From the NCBI GenBank assembly GCA_965247115.1, contig CBDFGR010000003.1:2176001-2240000 (forward strand): DNA of 64,000 bases, written 5' to 3'. The notes under the pieces were generated by a model. It searched no databases. It saw only the letters and a list, made by a program, of their open reading frames with translations, and was not told the DNA's origin. Below, piece by piece: positions 11,162-20,878 of this stretch (position 1 is its first letter; every line of letters starts with the position of its first letter). Made by a program: the position numbers and the translations under genes. Source of the stretch: Myxococcota bacterium (GTDB lineage: Bacteria; Myxococcota_A; UBA9160; SZUA-336).

Positions 11162-12862
11162 GTGCGCTGGTCCGAGCTGTTCATCCCGACTTTGCGCGAC
11201 GACCCCTCGGATGCCGAGGCGGTCAGTCACAAGCTCATGTTGCGCGCGGGTCTGCTGCGCCAGCTCCAAGCCGGCATCTACTCCAAGCTGCCGTTGGCCC
11301 GTCGCGTGCACCGCAAGATCGAGGCGATCATGCGCGAGGAGATGGAGCGCATTGGTGCGCAGGAGTTCCAGCTGCCGATCCTCCAGCCGGCCGAGCTCTG
11401 GCGGGACAGCGGCCGATGGGAATCCATGGGCGAGGAGCTGTTTCGCCTCCACGACCGCAAGCGCTCGGAAATGTGCCTCGGCTACACGCACGAAGAGGCG
11501 TTCACATCGATCTCACGCGAGCTGCGGAGCTATCGTCAGTTACCGCAAATCTGGTTCCACCTTCAGACCAAGTTCCGCGACGAGGCGCGGCCGAAGTCAG
11601 GCGTACTGCGCAGCCGCGAGTTCACCATGAAGGATTCCTACTCCTTCGACGTCGACTTCGAAGGACTCGACCGCTCCTTCGATCTACACACAAGAGCGTA
11701 CAATCGCATCTTCGAGCGCTGCGGTGTGCCGGTCATGGCCGTCGAGGCGTCCTCGGGAGTCATGGGCGGCAGCGAGTCTGTCGAGTTCATGGCGCTCTCC
11801 GATGCGGGCGAGGATTGGGTCGTTACCTGCGAGGGTTGCGGGTATGCCGCGAACCTGGAAAAAGCCGTCGCGGTTCCCAGGCCCGTGAAGGATCCCGAGG
11901 AGTCGCCACCGCTCGAGAAGTTTGCAACTCCAGGCGTGCGCACGATCGAAGAGCTGGCCGCTCTTGCTGGCGGCGCAGCGGCAGAGCGCCAGATCAAAAC
12001 GCTGGTTCTGGTGGTCCGAGACGAGCTTACACTTTTCCTTCTGCGTGGCGACTACGAGCTGAACGAGGTCAAAGTCGCGGAGCTCTGTGGCACGACGGAC
12101 TTCCGACCTGCGCACCCCGAGGAATGTCGGGAGGCGCTCGGCGCGCTCCCCGGGAGTCTCGGGGCTGTGGGAGTGACGGAGCTGCCCGTGTTCGCGGATG
12201 AAGCGCTCCGGGATCGGCGCGGCATGAGCACGGGCGCGAACGAGGATGACTTCCACCTGCGCAACGTCGATGTAGCCCGTGACCTGGGACAGGTGCGCTG
12301 GGTCGACCTGCGCTGCGCGGAGGAAGGCGACTCCTGCGCGAGCTGTGGCAAGCCCGTGAAGCTGGACAAGGCCATCGAGGTCGCCCACATCTTCAAGCTC
12401 GGCGTGCGTTATTCGGAAACGATGGGGTCCCGCGTGCTGGGTCCGGACGGCAAGGAGGTCCCGATCGTCATGGGCTCCTACGGCATGGGTGTCGAACGCC
12501 TCATGGCCTCCGCCATCGAATCGCACCACGACGAGAACGGCATACGCTGGCCGGTGTCGATCGCACCGTTCGAGGTGGTCGTCGCTCCTGTTCGGATCGG
12601 TGACGCGGAGCAGGCGGAGAGGGCGGAGGGGATCTACTCGGATCTGCGCGAGGCCGGCTTCGACGCGCTGCTCGACGATCGCGACGAGCGCCCGGGCGTC
12701 AAGTTCAAGGACGCGGATCTGATCGGCTTTCCGTTGCGCATCGTGCCCGGTCCGCGCTCGCTCGCAAAGGGCTGTGTCGAGCTCGTCGATCGCGTTGCCG
12801 AGGAGTCTGTCGAGGTGCCGCTGGCTGATCTCGTGGCAGAGGCGCGCAGGAGAATTCGATGA
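11162..12862 (+). CDS. proS: Proline--tRNA ligase
   Basis: SHKLMLRAG, KFRDEARP, REFTMKDSYSF, INS editing domain, HIFKLG and GVKFKDADLIG. Confidence 0.96.
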   Translation: MRWSELFIPTLRDDPSDAEAVSHKLMLRAGLLRQLQAGIYSKLPLARRVHRKIEAIMREEMERIGAQEFQLPILQPAELWRDSGRWESMGEELFRLHDRKRSEMCLGYTHEEAFTSISRELRSYRQLPQIWFHLQTKFRDEARPKSGVLRSREFTMKDSYSFDVDFEGLDRSFDLHTRAYNRIFERCGVPVMAVEASSGVMGGSESVEFMALSDAGEDWVVTCEGCGYAANLEKAVAVPRPVKDPEESPPLEKFATPGVRTIEELAALAGGAAAERQIKTLVLVVRDELTLFLLRGDYELNEVKVAELCGTTDFRPAHPEECREALGALPGSLGAVGVTELPVFADEALRDRRGMSTGANEDDFHLRNVDVARDLGQVRWVDLRCAEEGDSCASCGKPVKLDKAIEVAHIFKLGVRYSETMGSRVLGPDGKEVPIVMGSYGMGVERLMASAIESHHDENGIRWPVSIAPFEVVVAPVRIGDAEQAERAEGIYSDLREAGFDALLDDRDERPGVKFKDADLIGFPLRIVPGPRSLAKGCVELVDRVAEESVEVPLADLVAEARRRIR

Positions 12863-14010
12863 GCAGGCCCGCGCTCACCGTCCTCTCGGAAGAAGAGGAG
12901 ATCTTCCGCGCCACCGTTCGCGACTTTGCGGAGGCCGAGCTCTCGCCGCGTGCCGCGAAGATGGATCAGCAGGGCTACTACGATCCGGAGATCATTCCCA
13001 TGCTCTTCGAGCTCGGGATCATGGCAATCGAGACTCCGGAGGAGCTCGGCGGGGCTGGTGGGACCTTCTTTTTGAGCGTGCTCGCAATCGAGGAGCTCTC
13101 GCGCGTGGACGCGGCGGTGGCTGTGCTCGTTGACGTGCAGAACACGCTGGTTGCGAATGCCATCCTGCGCTGGGCCAACGACGATCTGAAGGCGCGCGTG
13201 TTGAGCGAGATGGCGAACGGCATGCTCACGTCATACGCGCTTTCGGAGGCCGGCTCCGGGAGCGACGCCTTTGCGCTCAAGACCAGGGCCGTCGACGACG
13301 GAGACTCGTACGTTCTCAGCGGACGCAAGCTCTGGATCACGAACGCCGCGGAGGCGGGGCTCTTCCTGGTCATGGCGAACGTCGATCCTGACGTGGGGTA
13401 CAAGGGCATCACGAGCTTCCTGGTCAGCAGGGACTCGGAGGGGCTGCAGGTCGGGAAGAAGGAGGACAAGCTCGGCATCCGCGCCAGCTCGACCTGCGAG
13501 CTCATCCTGGACGGCGTGCGCGTTCCGAAGGCCAACGTGCTCGGCGAGCCCGGGCTAGGCTACAAGATCGCGATCGAGACGCTGAACGAGGGGCGGATCG
13601 GCATCGGAGCGCAGATGGTAGGGATCGCCGACGGAGCGCTGCAGGATGCGCTCAACTACACGCGCGAGCGACAGCAATTCGGCCGCGCCATCGGGGAGTT
13701 CCAGGCGGTTCAATTCGACCTGGCTCAAATGGCGACCGATATCGAGGCGGCGCGGCTGACCGTCTACAATGCCGCCCGACTGAAGGACGCCGGCGAACCG
13801 TTCCTGACCCAGGCTGCCATGTCCAAGCTCTTTGCGTCGCAGGTTGCGGGGCGGGTGACATCCCGTGCGCTCGAGCTCTTCGGGGGCGTCGGCTACACGC
13901 GCGAGTATCCGGTGGAGAAGCGCTACCGGGACGCGAAGATCGGCACGATCTACGAGGGTACGAGCAACATGCAGCTTGCGACGATCGCCAGGCAGATCCA
14001 GGGGGCATGA
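12859..14010 (+). CDS. Short/branched-chain acyl-CoA dehydrogenase
   Basis: YALSEAGSGSDA, KLGIRASSTC and IYEGTSN motifs. Confidence 0.92.
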   Translation: MSRPALTVLSEEEEIFRATVRDFAEAELSPRAAKMDQQGYYDPEIIPMLFELGIMAIETPEELGGAGGTFFLSVLAIEELSRVDAAVAVLVDVQNTLVANAILRWANDDLKARVLSEMANGMLTSYALSEAGSGSDAFALKTRAVDDGDSYVLSGRKLWITNAAEAGLFLVMANVDPDVGYKGITSFLVSRDSEGLQVGKKEDKLGIRASSTCELILDGVRVPKANVLGEPGLGYKIAIETLNEGRIGIGAQMVGIADGALQDALNYTRERQQFGRAIGEFQAVQFDLAQMATDIEAARLTVYNAARLKDAGEPFLTQAAMSKLFASQVAGRVTSRALELFGGVGYTREYPVEKRYRDAKIGTIYEGTSNMQLATIARQIQGA

Positions 14011-14020
14011 CCCGGAGCTG

Positions 14021-14545
14021 ATGGCGAACGCGCTCTCCGCGTTCCGGCTCCTGCTGGTGCTGCCCTTCGCCTGGACCGTCCTCCAGGTGTCTGCGCAGGC
14101 TGCGGCGCTCTTCTTCATACTCGCGATCGCGAGCGATTTGCTGGACGGGCGCATCGCGCGCAGGCGGGGCACGGCGGGCCCTGTCGGCCGGGCGCTCGAC
14201 CACGGTGCCGACTTTGCGTTCGTCACAGCCGGCCTGGCAGCGGCCGCAGCCAGGGATCTGCTGAGCTGGCTCTTGCCTGTGCTTGTCACGCTCGCGTTCG
14301 CGCAGTACGCCATCGACTCGTACCTGCTCCACCGCGAGCGTCAGCTGCGCATGAGCGCGCTAGGACGCTGGAATGGGGTGCTCTACTTCGTGCCGGTGGG
14401 AGGCGTGATCCTTGCGGACCTCGGCCTCGCCTGGCTCGCGCCGCTGATGCCAGCTGTCGCCTGGCTTCTCGTGGCGTCGACGCTCGCGTCTATCGCGGAT
14501 CGGTTGTTCGAGCTGGGACGTCGTCGCCCAACAGCTCCCGATTAG
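14021..14545 (+). CDS. CDP-alcohol phosphatidyltransferase family protein
   Basis: DLLDGRIARR...G...DHGAD motif; hydrophobic. Confidence 0.85.
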   Translation: MANALSAFRLLLVLPFAWTVLQVSAQAAALFFILAIASDLLDGRIARRRGTAGPVGRALDHGADFAFVTAGLAAAAARDLLSWLLPVLVTLAFAQYAIDSYLLHRERQLRMSALGRWNGVLYFVPVGGVILADLGLAWLAPLMPAVAWLLVASTLASIADRLFELGRRRPTAPD

Positions 14546-15491
14546 CCCTGCGCAGGAAGAGCAGTCCGATCGCGGCGTTGAAGAAGATGAAGAAATTGTG
14601 CTGCACGAAGCCGAAGGCGGCAGCTTCGCCAGGATGCTCGGGAAACAGGATCACCCAGAGGGTGATGGCCACGCTGCGCATGGGACCGGGCGTCGCCGCA
14701 CCGAAGAAGACGATCGGCGCGTAGCCGAGCATGGTCGCCAGGTTGATCTGGATGCCGAACAGGCCGGCTGCTTGCGAGTAGACGAAGACGGCGCCCAGCA
14801 ACGCAGGAGAGCGCAGCAGGATCAGGGTGCCGTACTGCCAGACGCTGGCCTGCCGGAAGGAGCTGAAGACCGCCCGTTCGCGCAACGCGCGACCGAGAGT
14901 GAAGCGGCCGCTGAAGAATACGGCGAAGGCGGCGAAGAAGAGCAACGCTGCGATGGCGATGCTCGGCACGAGTCCGAATACCTGTGGCAGAGAGGCATGG
15001 CTGATGGCGTAGCCGATCGTCGCCCAGCCGAGCAGATAGTAGAACTCGCAAAACATGATGAAGAGCATGCTCGAGCCGACTTCCCAGCCGGGCACGCCGT
15101 GACGTCGATACAGGTAGAGGCCCATCGCACCCTTGCCGACCTGCTCGTTGATGATGGACAGGATGTAGCTGCTGCCTCGAATCGGGAGGATGTCCCCGAA
15201 GCTCACTCGCGTGTTGAACCAGTTCACGACCCGCCAGACGATGAGCGAGTCGATCAGGAAGAAAAAGGCGGAGTAGGGGATCATCAGCGCGAGCCAGCGT
15301 CCCCAGCTCACGCTCGCGAAGATCCCGCCGAGATACGAAATCAGAGTCTGCTCGGGACCGGCTGCGGCGCCGAGCTTCCGATAGAGGTAGGCAAAGCAGG
15401 TCGCCGCGATGAGCCAGGGCAGCGTCCGCTGCCAGAGCGCGGGTCTGCGCGCGACTTCCGCGCCCTGCTCGCTGTTTATGGCATCGCTCAC
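14490..15491 (-). CDS. Multi-pass membrane protein, lysylphosphatidylglycerol-synthase-TM-like
   Basis: Many TM segments; family assignment is by general resemblance only. Confidence 0.55.
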   Translation of the reverse strand: MSDAINSEQGAEVARRPALWQRTLPWLIAATCFAYLYRKLGAAAGPEQTLISYLGGIFASVSWGRWLALMIPYSAFFFLIDSLIVWRVVNWFNTRVSFGDILPIRGSSYILSIINEQVGKGAMGLYLYRRHGVPGWEVGSSMLFIMFCEFYYLLGWATIGYAISHASLPQVFGLVPSIAIAALLFFAAFAVFFSGRFTLGRALRERAVFSSFRQASVWQYGTLILLRSPALLGAVFVYSQAAGLFGIQINLATMLGYAPIVFFGAATPGPMRSVAITLWVILFPEHPGEAAAFGFVQHNFFIFFNAAIGLLFLRRANRELLGDDVPARTTDPR

Positions 15492-16405
15492 TGTGCGCTC
15501 GTGTCCTCCAGACTGCGGCGGATCGTATCATCGAGACCGCTGAGCTCGATGCCGAGTGCGCGCGCCGCGGGCTCGGGATCCATGCGCACCTCGCTTTGCA
15601 TGACGTCGATCACGTCGGGCGAGAGACCGCCTCTCGTGAACCTGCTGCGCAGAGCGAGGAGCAGCTTCAAGAGTCTCGGGGGAAGCGAAACGACGCGTAG
15701 CCGGGCTCCGCGCAGGCGCGCACCTCGTCGCACCAGCTCGTGCATGGGGAGCGACTCCGGTCCGACGAGGTCGAGCACGCAGTTTCGCGCTTGCGGCGCG
15801 CCAGTTGCGGCGTTCAGGGCTCCCGCGGCGAGGTCGCGCGCATCGATCGGCTGCTCGCACGCGCGCCCGCCCCCGATCAGGGGCACGAGCCCGCCCGCGC
15901 TGTCGCGTGCGAAGGCCCTGGCTCCCTCGGAGGCGCAGCCCAGCACGAGGGGAACTCGCAGCACGGTGTAGGCGAGACCGGAGTGGGTCAAGAGCTGCTC
16001 GCCGATGCCCTTTGTGCGAAGGTACGGATTCGCCGAGCCGGAGTCCGCGCCCACCGAGCCGACGAGCACGAAGCTCGCGACGCCTTCCGCGCGCGCAGCG
16101 CCGATCGCGACCCGGAGTGTGTCCACGTTCGCACTCTGGTAAGAAGAGCTCGCCGTTTCGATCAGGAGTCCGGGAAGGTGGATGACTCCGGCTGCGCCGC
16201 GGAAGGCGTGACGCAAGCTTTCAGGGTCTTCGAAGTCGACGCGGGCGGCATGACCGCGAGCAGCTGGGATCGGTGGGAGCTGGGAAGCGGCCCGCTCGGA
16301 TCGCACGCAGGCGACGATCTCGATGTCGCCACGGGCGAGCGCACGGCCTACGACGACTCGGCCCACGGCGCTGTTGGCCCCGGTGATGGCTACCCGAACG
16401 CTCAG
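15488..16405 (-). CDS. NAD-dependent epimerase/dehydratase (SDR)
   Basis: AITGANSAVG Rossmann motif and YLRTK. The only nearby candidate start is a CTG overlapping the upstream TGA. Confidence 0.8.
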   Translation of the reverse strand: MSVRVAITGANSAVGRVVVGRALARGDIEIVACVRSERAASQLPPIPAARGHAARVDFEDPESLRHAFRGAAGVIHLPGLLIETASSSYQSANVDTLRVAIGAARAEGVASFVLVGSVGADSGSANPYLRTKGIGEQLLTHSGLAYTVLRVPLVLGCASEGARAFARDSAGGLVPLIGGGRACEQPIDARDLAAGALNAATGAPQARNCVLDLVGPESLPMHELVRRGARLRGARLRVVSLPPRLLKLLLALRSRFTRGGLSPDVIDVMQSEVRMDPEPAARALGIELSGLDDTIRRSLEDTSAQ

Positions 16406-17475
16406 ACGAACTTCCCCCGACCGATGATCGGCCAGACCTCCTCGACCTCTTCCCCGCGCACAGCGTAGTAGCGCTCGTGCAGGTTGATGGTCGTGTCTCC
16501 GTGGCTGGGCAGGATCCGGATCCGGTCGCCGATCGAGAGGTCGAGCTCGTGACCCTCGTCGATCCCTACGTGTCCGTGCTCCTCTGAGAGCCCGAGACAG
16601 GTGACCGGCAGGTCGTAGCCTGTGGGAAGTCCGAACTCGTGACTCAATGCCTTCATGCCGCAATCCGTGATCAGCACGCGACGGCGCCTGTGGATCACGG
16701 TCGTGAGGACGCTGAGTGCGCACTCGAGGTCCGAGCGCACGCGCTGGTACGCCCCGTCCATGAATACGTAGCTGCCGGCCTGGATCTCGGTGACGCCCGG
16801 CGCGGTTGCGGTGGTCTCGCAGGTCCCGGTTCCGCCAGCGCTGACGATCTTCGGCGCAAGATCGGCGTCGACCAGCGCTTGTCGGTGCTCCAGCAGGCGC
16901 GCGACCGCGGTCTCCGCCAGCACCTTCCGCTTGGCGTCGTCTGGAACCAGGACCGCGTGTCCCTCGTAGCCCATCATGCCGCGGTACGCGATCCTGCTGG
17001 CCTCGACGTGTCGTGCGAGCTCCACGGTCTGCTCGGGCTTGTCCGTTCCACAGCGGCTCATCCCGACGTCTACCTCGATCAGGGCGCCGACTGTTGTGCC
17101 GCGCTTTCCGAGCTCCGCGTCGATCGCATCGATCTGACTCGAGTCGTCGATGGCGACGAGGAGCTCCGGAACGCGTTCGGCAAGCGCCGCGAGTCGAGCA
17201 ACCTTGGCTGACCCAACGATCTGGTTGGCGATCAGCACGGACGTGAGTACGCCCGCATCCGCTAGGGCCTCGGCCTCGCCGAGCTTTGCGCAGGTCACGC
17301 CAATTGCTCCTGCTTCGAGCTGTCGCCGCAGCACCTCCGCGCACTTCGGCGTCTTCCAGTGCGGGCGCAGGTCAGAGGTCTGTGTCGCGAAGAAGCGCGA
17401 CATGTGGGAGATGTTCCGCTCCATTCGCTCCAGGTCGACGATCAGCGCGGGCGTATCGATCTCTTGGAGCTTCAT
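16402..17475 (-). CDS. DSD1 / D-threonine aldolase family PLP enzyme
   Basis: TPAL, RPHWKT, YEGH, GGTGT, EIQAGSY and SEEHG motifs. Confidence 0.88.
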   Translation of the reverse strand: MKLQEIDTPALIVDLERMERNISHMSRFFATQTSDLRPHWKTPKCAEVLRRQLEAGAIGVTCAKLGEAEALADAGVLTSVLIANQIVGSAKVARLAALAERVPELLVAIDDSSQIDAIDAELGKRGTTVGALIEVDVGMSRCGTDKPEQTVELARHVEASRIAYRGMMGYEGHAVLVPDDAKRKVLAETAVARLLEHRQALVDADLAPKIVSAGGTGTCETTATAPGVTEIQAGSYVFMDGAYQRVRSDLECALSVLTTVIHRRRRVLITDCGMKALSHEFGLPTGYDLPVTCLGLSEEHGHVGIDEGHELDLSIGDRIRILPSHGDTTINLHERYYAVRGEEVEEVWPIIGRGKFV

Positions 17476-17479
17476 GACC

Positions 17480-17493
17480 GCATGCTAGCATGC
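17480..17493. promoter_or_regulatory. Palindromic bidirectional extended -10 element
   Basis: Perfect palindrome GCATGCTAGCATGC gives TGcTAGCAT on both strands, 6 nt upstream of each divergent start codon (17475 and 17498). Confidence 0.6.
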
Positions 17494-17497
17494 AGGA

Positions 17498-19042
17498 GTG
17501 AGCGCACGGATCGTCTATGGCGGAGCCGCAGCTCTTCTCGTCTGCGCGTTGCTGGGTGTGCGCTCCGCGGGCCAGAGCAGCTACGCCATATGGATCGAAG
17601 ACTCGCTGCCGCTGCTAATCCACGAGCCCGATGCGGCGACGTCGCGCGACGGAGAGCGCCTGCCAGTGGTCGTGCTCTCGCACGGATCCCTCGGCAACAG
17701 CAGCTTGTTGAACTCGTTGGCGCGGCGCCTGAGTGCTCAGGGATTCGCGGTGATCACCTTCGACTCTCGCGGTCAAGGGCGTAGCCGGCGCCCTTTCGAG
17801 CGAAGTGTGGGCTTTGTGCCCGAAGGCCTGATCGAGGACTTCGACCAGGCCGTGCTCTGGGCGCGTTCGCAGGCGCGCTACGATGGTCAGCGCCTCGCCG
17901 TAGGAGGCCACGGAACGGGCGCGGCCGGCGCGCTCGCCTACGCGGCGCGGCGCGATCCCGGAGTGGCCGCCGTCGTTGCCATCTCCGGTAGCGCTTCTCT
18001 GGACGGGCCCTACACGCCACCGAACGTGCTGTTACTCTGGGGGGAGCGTGCCCCGTCAGCTCTGCGCGCGCTCTCACGGCAGCGCGGGGCCGAGCTGATC
18101 TCTGCGAACCGGGCCGTGCTCGAGCGTACCTACGGCAGCTTCGAGCGGGGTACGGCCGTGCGCCTGGCCGAGGTGGAGGGAGCGAACCATCTCTCCGTTC
18201 TTTACGCTCAGGGCGCCGCCTCCGAGATCTCGAGCTGGTTGGCCGGCGCGCTGACACCCACGCCCGACCTCGGGCCTGTCCCCCGGGACGCGTCGCTTCT
18301 CTGGGCGCTTGTCGGGATGTTGGGCGCGCTCGCTCTGCTCTTGGGAATGCCGCAGGCCGTCGCACCGCTCGCGCCGCGCGTCGCACTTCCCGCGGTGACA
18401 CATCCCTGGCAGCGGCTCGGGCTCGTAGCCGCTGCTCTGGCCGCCAGTACGGTGCTGCTCGTCGGCGCCGACCAGGTTGCGGGCAGCGCGCCTCTCGCCG
18501 TCTTCCCGCTCTCCGGCGCTCGTGACGTGCTGGGCTTCTTCGCCATCGCGGGAGTCGGTCTGCTCGCCTACGCCGCCAGGGATACGCGCGTGCGCGCCGA
18601 AGGGCTTCGAGACTGGCGCACCTGGACCAGCGCTGGACTCATTCTGGGTTTCATCTATGTCAGCATCGGGGTGCTGAGCCAGCCGTTCTGGGATCCGTTG
18701 CTGAGCTCCCGAAGGCTATTGCCCTGGGCCGCTGCCACGCTGCTGTTGCTGCCCTGGTTCGGCGTCACCGAGTGGCTGCTCCGCGGCCCCCTGCTCGCTC
18801 AGGCCTGGCTCCCCGCTGCGGCCCGCCTCCTGACCCTGGCCGCCCTCGCGTCCGCAGCGTTCTTCGGCCTGGTCCCCCGCGCACTTCTCGCCGCCCTCGT
18901 CCCGCTCGTTCTCCTCTTCGCCATCTTCGAGGCCCTGGCCTTCCGCCTCTCCCGTCAGCTCCCGAACCCCTGGCTCTCCGCCCTCGTCCAATCCGCCTGG
19001 TTCGCCTGGCTCCTAGCTGCATTCTTCCCCATCGAGGGCTAG
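17498..19042 (+). CDS. Alpha/beta hydrolase-fold protein with C-terminal multi-TM domain
   Basis: VVLSHG, FDSRGQG, GHGTG (no Ser at the nucleophile elbow), hydrophobic C-terminal half. Confidence 0.7.
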   Translation: MSARIVYGGAAALLVCALLGVRSAGQSSYAIWIEDSLPLLIHEPDAATSRDGERLPVVVLSHGSLGNSSLLNSLARRLSAQGFAVITFDSRGQGRSRRPFERSVGFVPEGLIEDFDQAVLWARSQARYDGQRLAVGGHGTGAAGALAYAARRDPGVAAVVAISGSASLDGPYTPPNVLLLWGERAPSALRALSRQRGAELISANRAVLERTYGSFERGTAVRLAEVEGANHLSVLYAQGAASEISSWLAGALTPTPDLGPVPRDASLLWALVGMLGALALLLGMPQAVAPLAPRVALPAVTHPWQRLGLVAAALAASTVLLVGADQVAGSAPLAVFPLSGARDVLGFFAIAGVGLLAYAARDTRVRAEGLRDWRTWTSAGLILGFIYVSIGVLSQPFWDPLLSSRRLLPWAAATLLLLPWFGVTEWLLRGPLLAQAWLPAAARLLTLAALASAAFFGLVPRALLAALVPLVLLFAIFEALAFRLSRQLPNPWLSALVQSAWFAWLLAAFFPIEG

Positions 19043-19063
19043 GAACGCGTAGGGGCCCCCAGT

Positions 19064-19220
19064 CCGAACTTAGGGACGGTCCTTAATCCGAACTTATTCC
19101 GCGCGAGACGACCGCAGCGACGCCTGGATGAACGAGTGTGCCCACGAGCCCCGCCAGAGTGACCAGAAGTTCCGACTTTCGGCCAAACAAGTTCGGATTG
19201 AGGACCGTCCCCAAGTTCGG
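19064..19220 (+). mobile_element. Non-autonomous REPIN/MITE-like element (family A)
   Basis: Same terminal IRs as the RAYT locus around a ~90-bp core homologous to 45751-45905 (inverted). Confidence 0.85.
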
Positions 19221-19226
19221 ATGGAT

Positions 19227-19297
19227 GCGGCGCGCGCAGCGAAGGGCGAAGCCCTGAGCGGAGGTGGGTGGCCGCGGGCGCCCTCGGCCGGGTCCCA
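19227..19297 (+). repeat. Multi-hairpin repeat, family B (partial copy)
   Basis: GCGGCGCGCGCAGCGAAGGGCGAAGCCCTGAGCGGAGGTGGGTGG...GGGTCCCA matches the copies at 31407, 31594 and 45613. Confidence 0.85.
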
Positions 19298-19306
19298 TGG
19301 GGTGCG

Positions 19307-19741
19307 CTACAAGACCTGACCGTGAGAGAACTCGCAGGTGTTGCCGCTGGGGTCGCGAACCATGGCGAAGTAGCCCACGATGGGTCCCGCATCGGTGGGG
19401 CCGTACTTGAGGCGACCCTCGCTTCGCGCGAGTGCGGCGATCTCGTCAACCTCTTCTCTCGAGCTCACGTCGAAGCCGAAGTGGTCCGTCGCGTTGGGCT
19501 CTGGCAGCGACTCGTGTGGCATCTCGAGCACGACGATCACGAAGTCGGGATCATCGCTCCGGTGGGCGAGCCAGGCTACATGGATGCCGTCGTCCTCGCG
19601 CTCGTGCACGATACGCAGTGCTGCGTAGCGTTGGTAGAAGTCGAGCGACTCCTGCATGCGGGTCGTTCGAATCGCAATATGGGTCATCCGCGCCGGCCGC
19701 TTCAGCGCGACGGACCGTGCTGCCTGCTTGCCCTCACTCAC
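19307..19741 (-). CDS. VOC/glyoxalase family protein
   Basis: THIAI, DHFGF and RDPSGNTCEF motifs. Confidence 0.85.
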   Translation of the reverse strand: MSEGKQAARSVALKRPARMTHIAIRTTRMQESLDFYQRYAALRIVHEREDDGIHVAWLAHRSDDPDFVIVVLEMPHESLPEPNATDHFGFDVSSREEVDEIAALARSEGRLKYGPTDAGPIVGYFAMVRDPSGNTCEFSHGQVL

Positions 19742-20876
19742 GTGGTACCTTCTCGCCGCGCTCAACATCGGTGAGGCGGAGCATGGGCCGGAGCGGGCTC
19801 ATGCCGTCGTGATTCCAGTCGATCGGGGGCAGCTGCATGCGGCCTAGCGGACAGATGCGCGACGCTCCCGAAGCGGTGGCGATCGCCGCGAGTTCCATGT
19901 CACTCTCCCATCCGCTGTGTCCAATGGAGGATAGGTGAGGTGAGAGCTCCTGGCAGCGTTCTCCGAGCTCGGCCACGCTCCGGATGGCAACGACGCGCGC
20001 GAACCGAAGCGCACCAGGTGACGGCAGCGGACCGCCAGCGTCGTATGCGACGGTCCAGCTCGTAGAGCCTTCGGACACCCAGACTCGGCTCTCCGGTCGC
20101 AGCGCGGCAAACGCACGCTGCTCGCGGATGTGCGCCTCTTCGGCCAGGTCGAGCGAGGGGCGGGGAAGCGTGCTTTCGCAGTCAGCGAGGGCGCGCGCCA
20201 GATCGGCGGCGAAGGACTCGGCTCGCCCCGCTGGCTCGTCCAGCAACAGCGCATAGGCGGGCGATAGACAGCCGCGGCCGTCCCAGAGCGATAGGTCTAG
20301 CGCCAGGTCCACTGCGGCCTCCGCAACACTCACATGTGTACCGATCGCGGCGAGCGAGAGCTTGTGCCCATAGCCCACGAACGGCAGCGTGGTTGGCACG
20401 CGGCGGCGGACCGCCTCGAGCGTCTCGTCGCTCCCGTGAGCGACCAGGCAGTCGACCTCTCGGAGCAGCTCGTCCTCCGGCGCGATCCGTATCACCTCGG
20501 ACAGTCCGGCCTCGGCCAACGTATCCCTGAACAGGGCAGGGGTCAGCGGATCGCTCGAAGATGGCTTTGCCCAGACCGCCGAGCCGGTCAGGAGCGGCAG
20601 CAGCAAGGCGGCGAAGGTTGCCGTCGGAACGGAGCCGGCCAGCCAGACGCCGGTCAGGCCAGGGACCCAGGCAGGCTCGACGAGCTCGCGCTCGCGCAGT
20701 GCCGCGAGGACATCGCGCGTCCAGTGCTCGACTCCACTGCGCACGCCGAGCGTGATGACCTCGGGCGAGAAGCCGCCGTGCTCGTCCGCGAGCCGGCGCA
20801 ACCAGGGCGAATCGGGGGCGCGCCACAGCTCGAGCGCGCGATCCAGCCGACGGACGAGCTCGGTGGGGGCGAGCAT
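19734..20876 (-). CDS. LuxC-like acyl-CoA reductase
   Basis: AGSVP, KPSS, HGSDET, YGHKLS, GRGCLSP (catalytic Cys), RICPLGRMQ and HDG. Confidence 0.8.
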   Translation of the reverse strand: MLAPTELVRRLDRALELWRAPDSPWLRRLADEHGGFSPEVITLGVRSGVEHWTRDVLAALRERELVEPAWVPGLTGVWLAGSVPTATFAALLLPLLTGSAVWAKPSSSDPLTPALFRDTLAEAGLSEVIRIAPEDELLREVDCLVAHGSDETLEAVRRRVPTTLPFVGYGHKLSLAAIGTHVSVAEAAVDLALDLSLWDGRGCLSPAYALLLDEPAGRAESFAADLARALADCESTLPRPSLDLAEEAHIREQRAFAALRPESRVWVSEGSTSWTVAYDAGGPLPSPGALRFARVVAIRSVAELGERCQELSPHLSSIGHSGWESDMELAAIATASGASRICPLGRMQLPPIDWNHDGMSPLRPMLRLTDVERGEKVPRE

Positions 20877-20878
20877 GC

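Noticed and set aside
19064..19297. Repeats as a CRISPR array
   Set aside because: They are inverted and dispersed, with no spacer periodicity and no cas genes.
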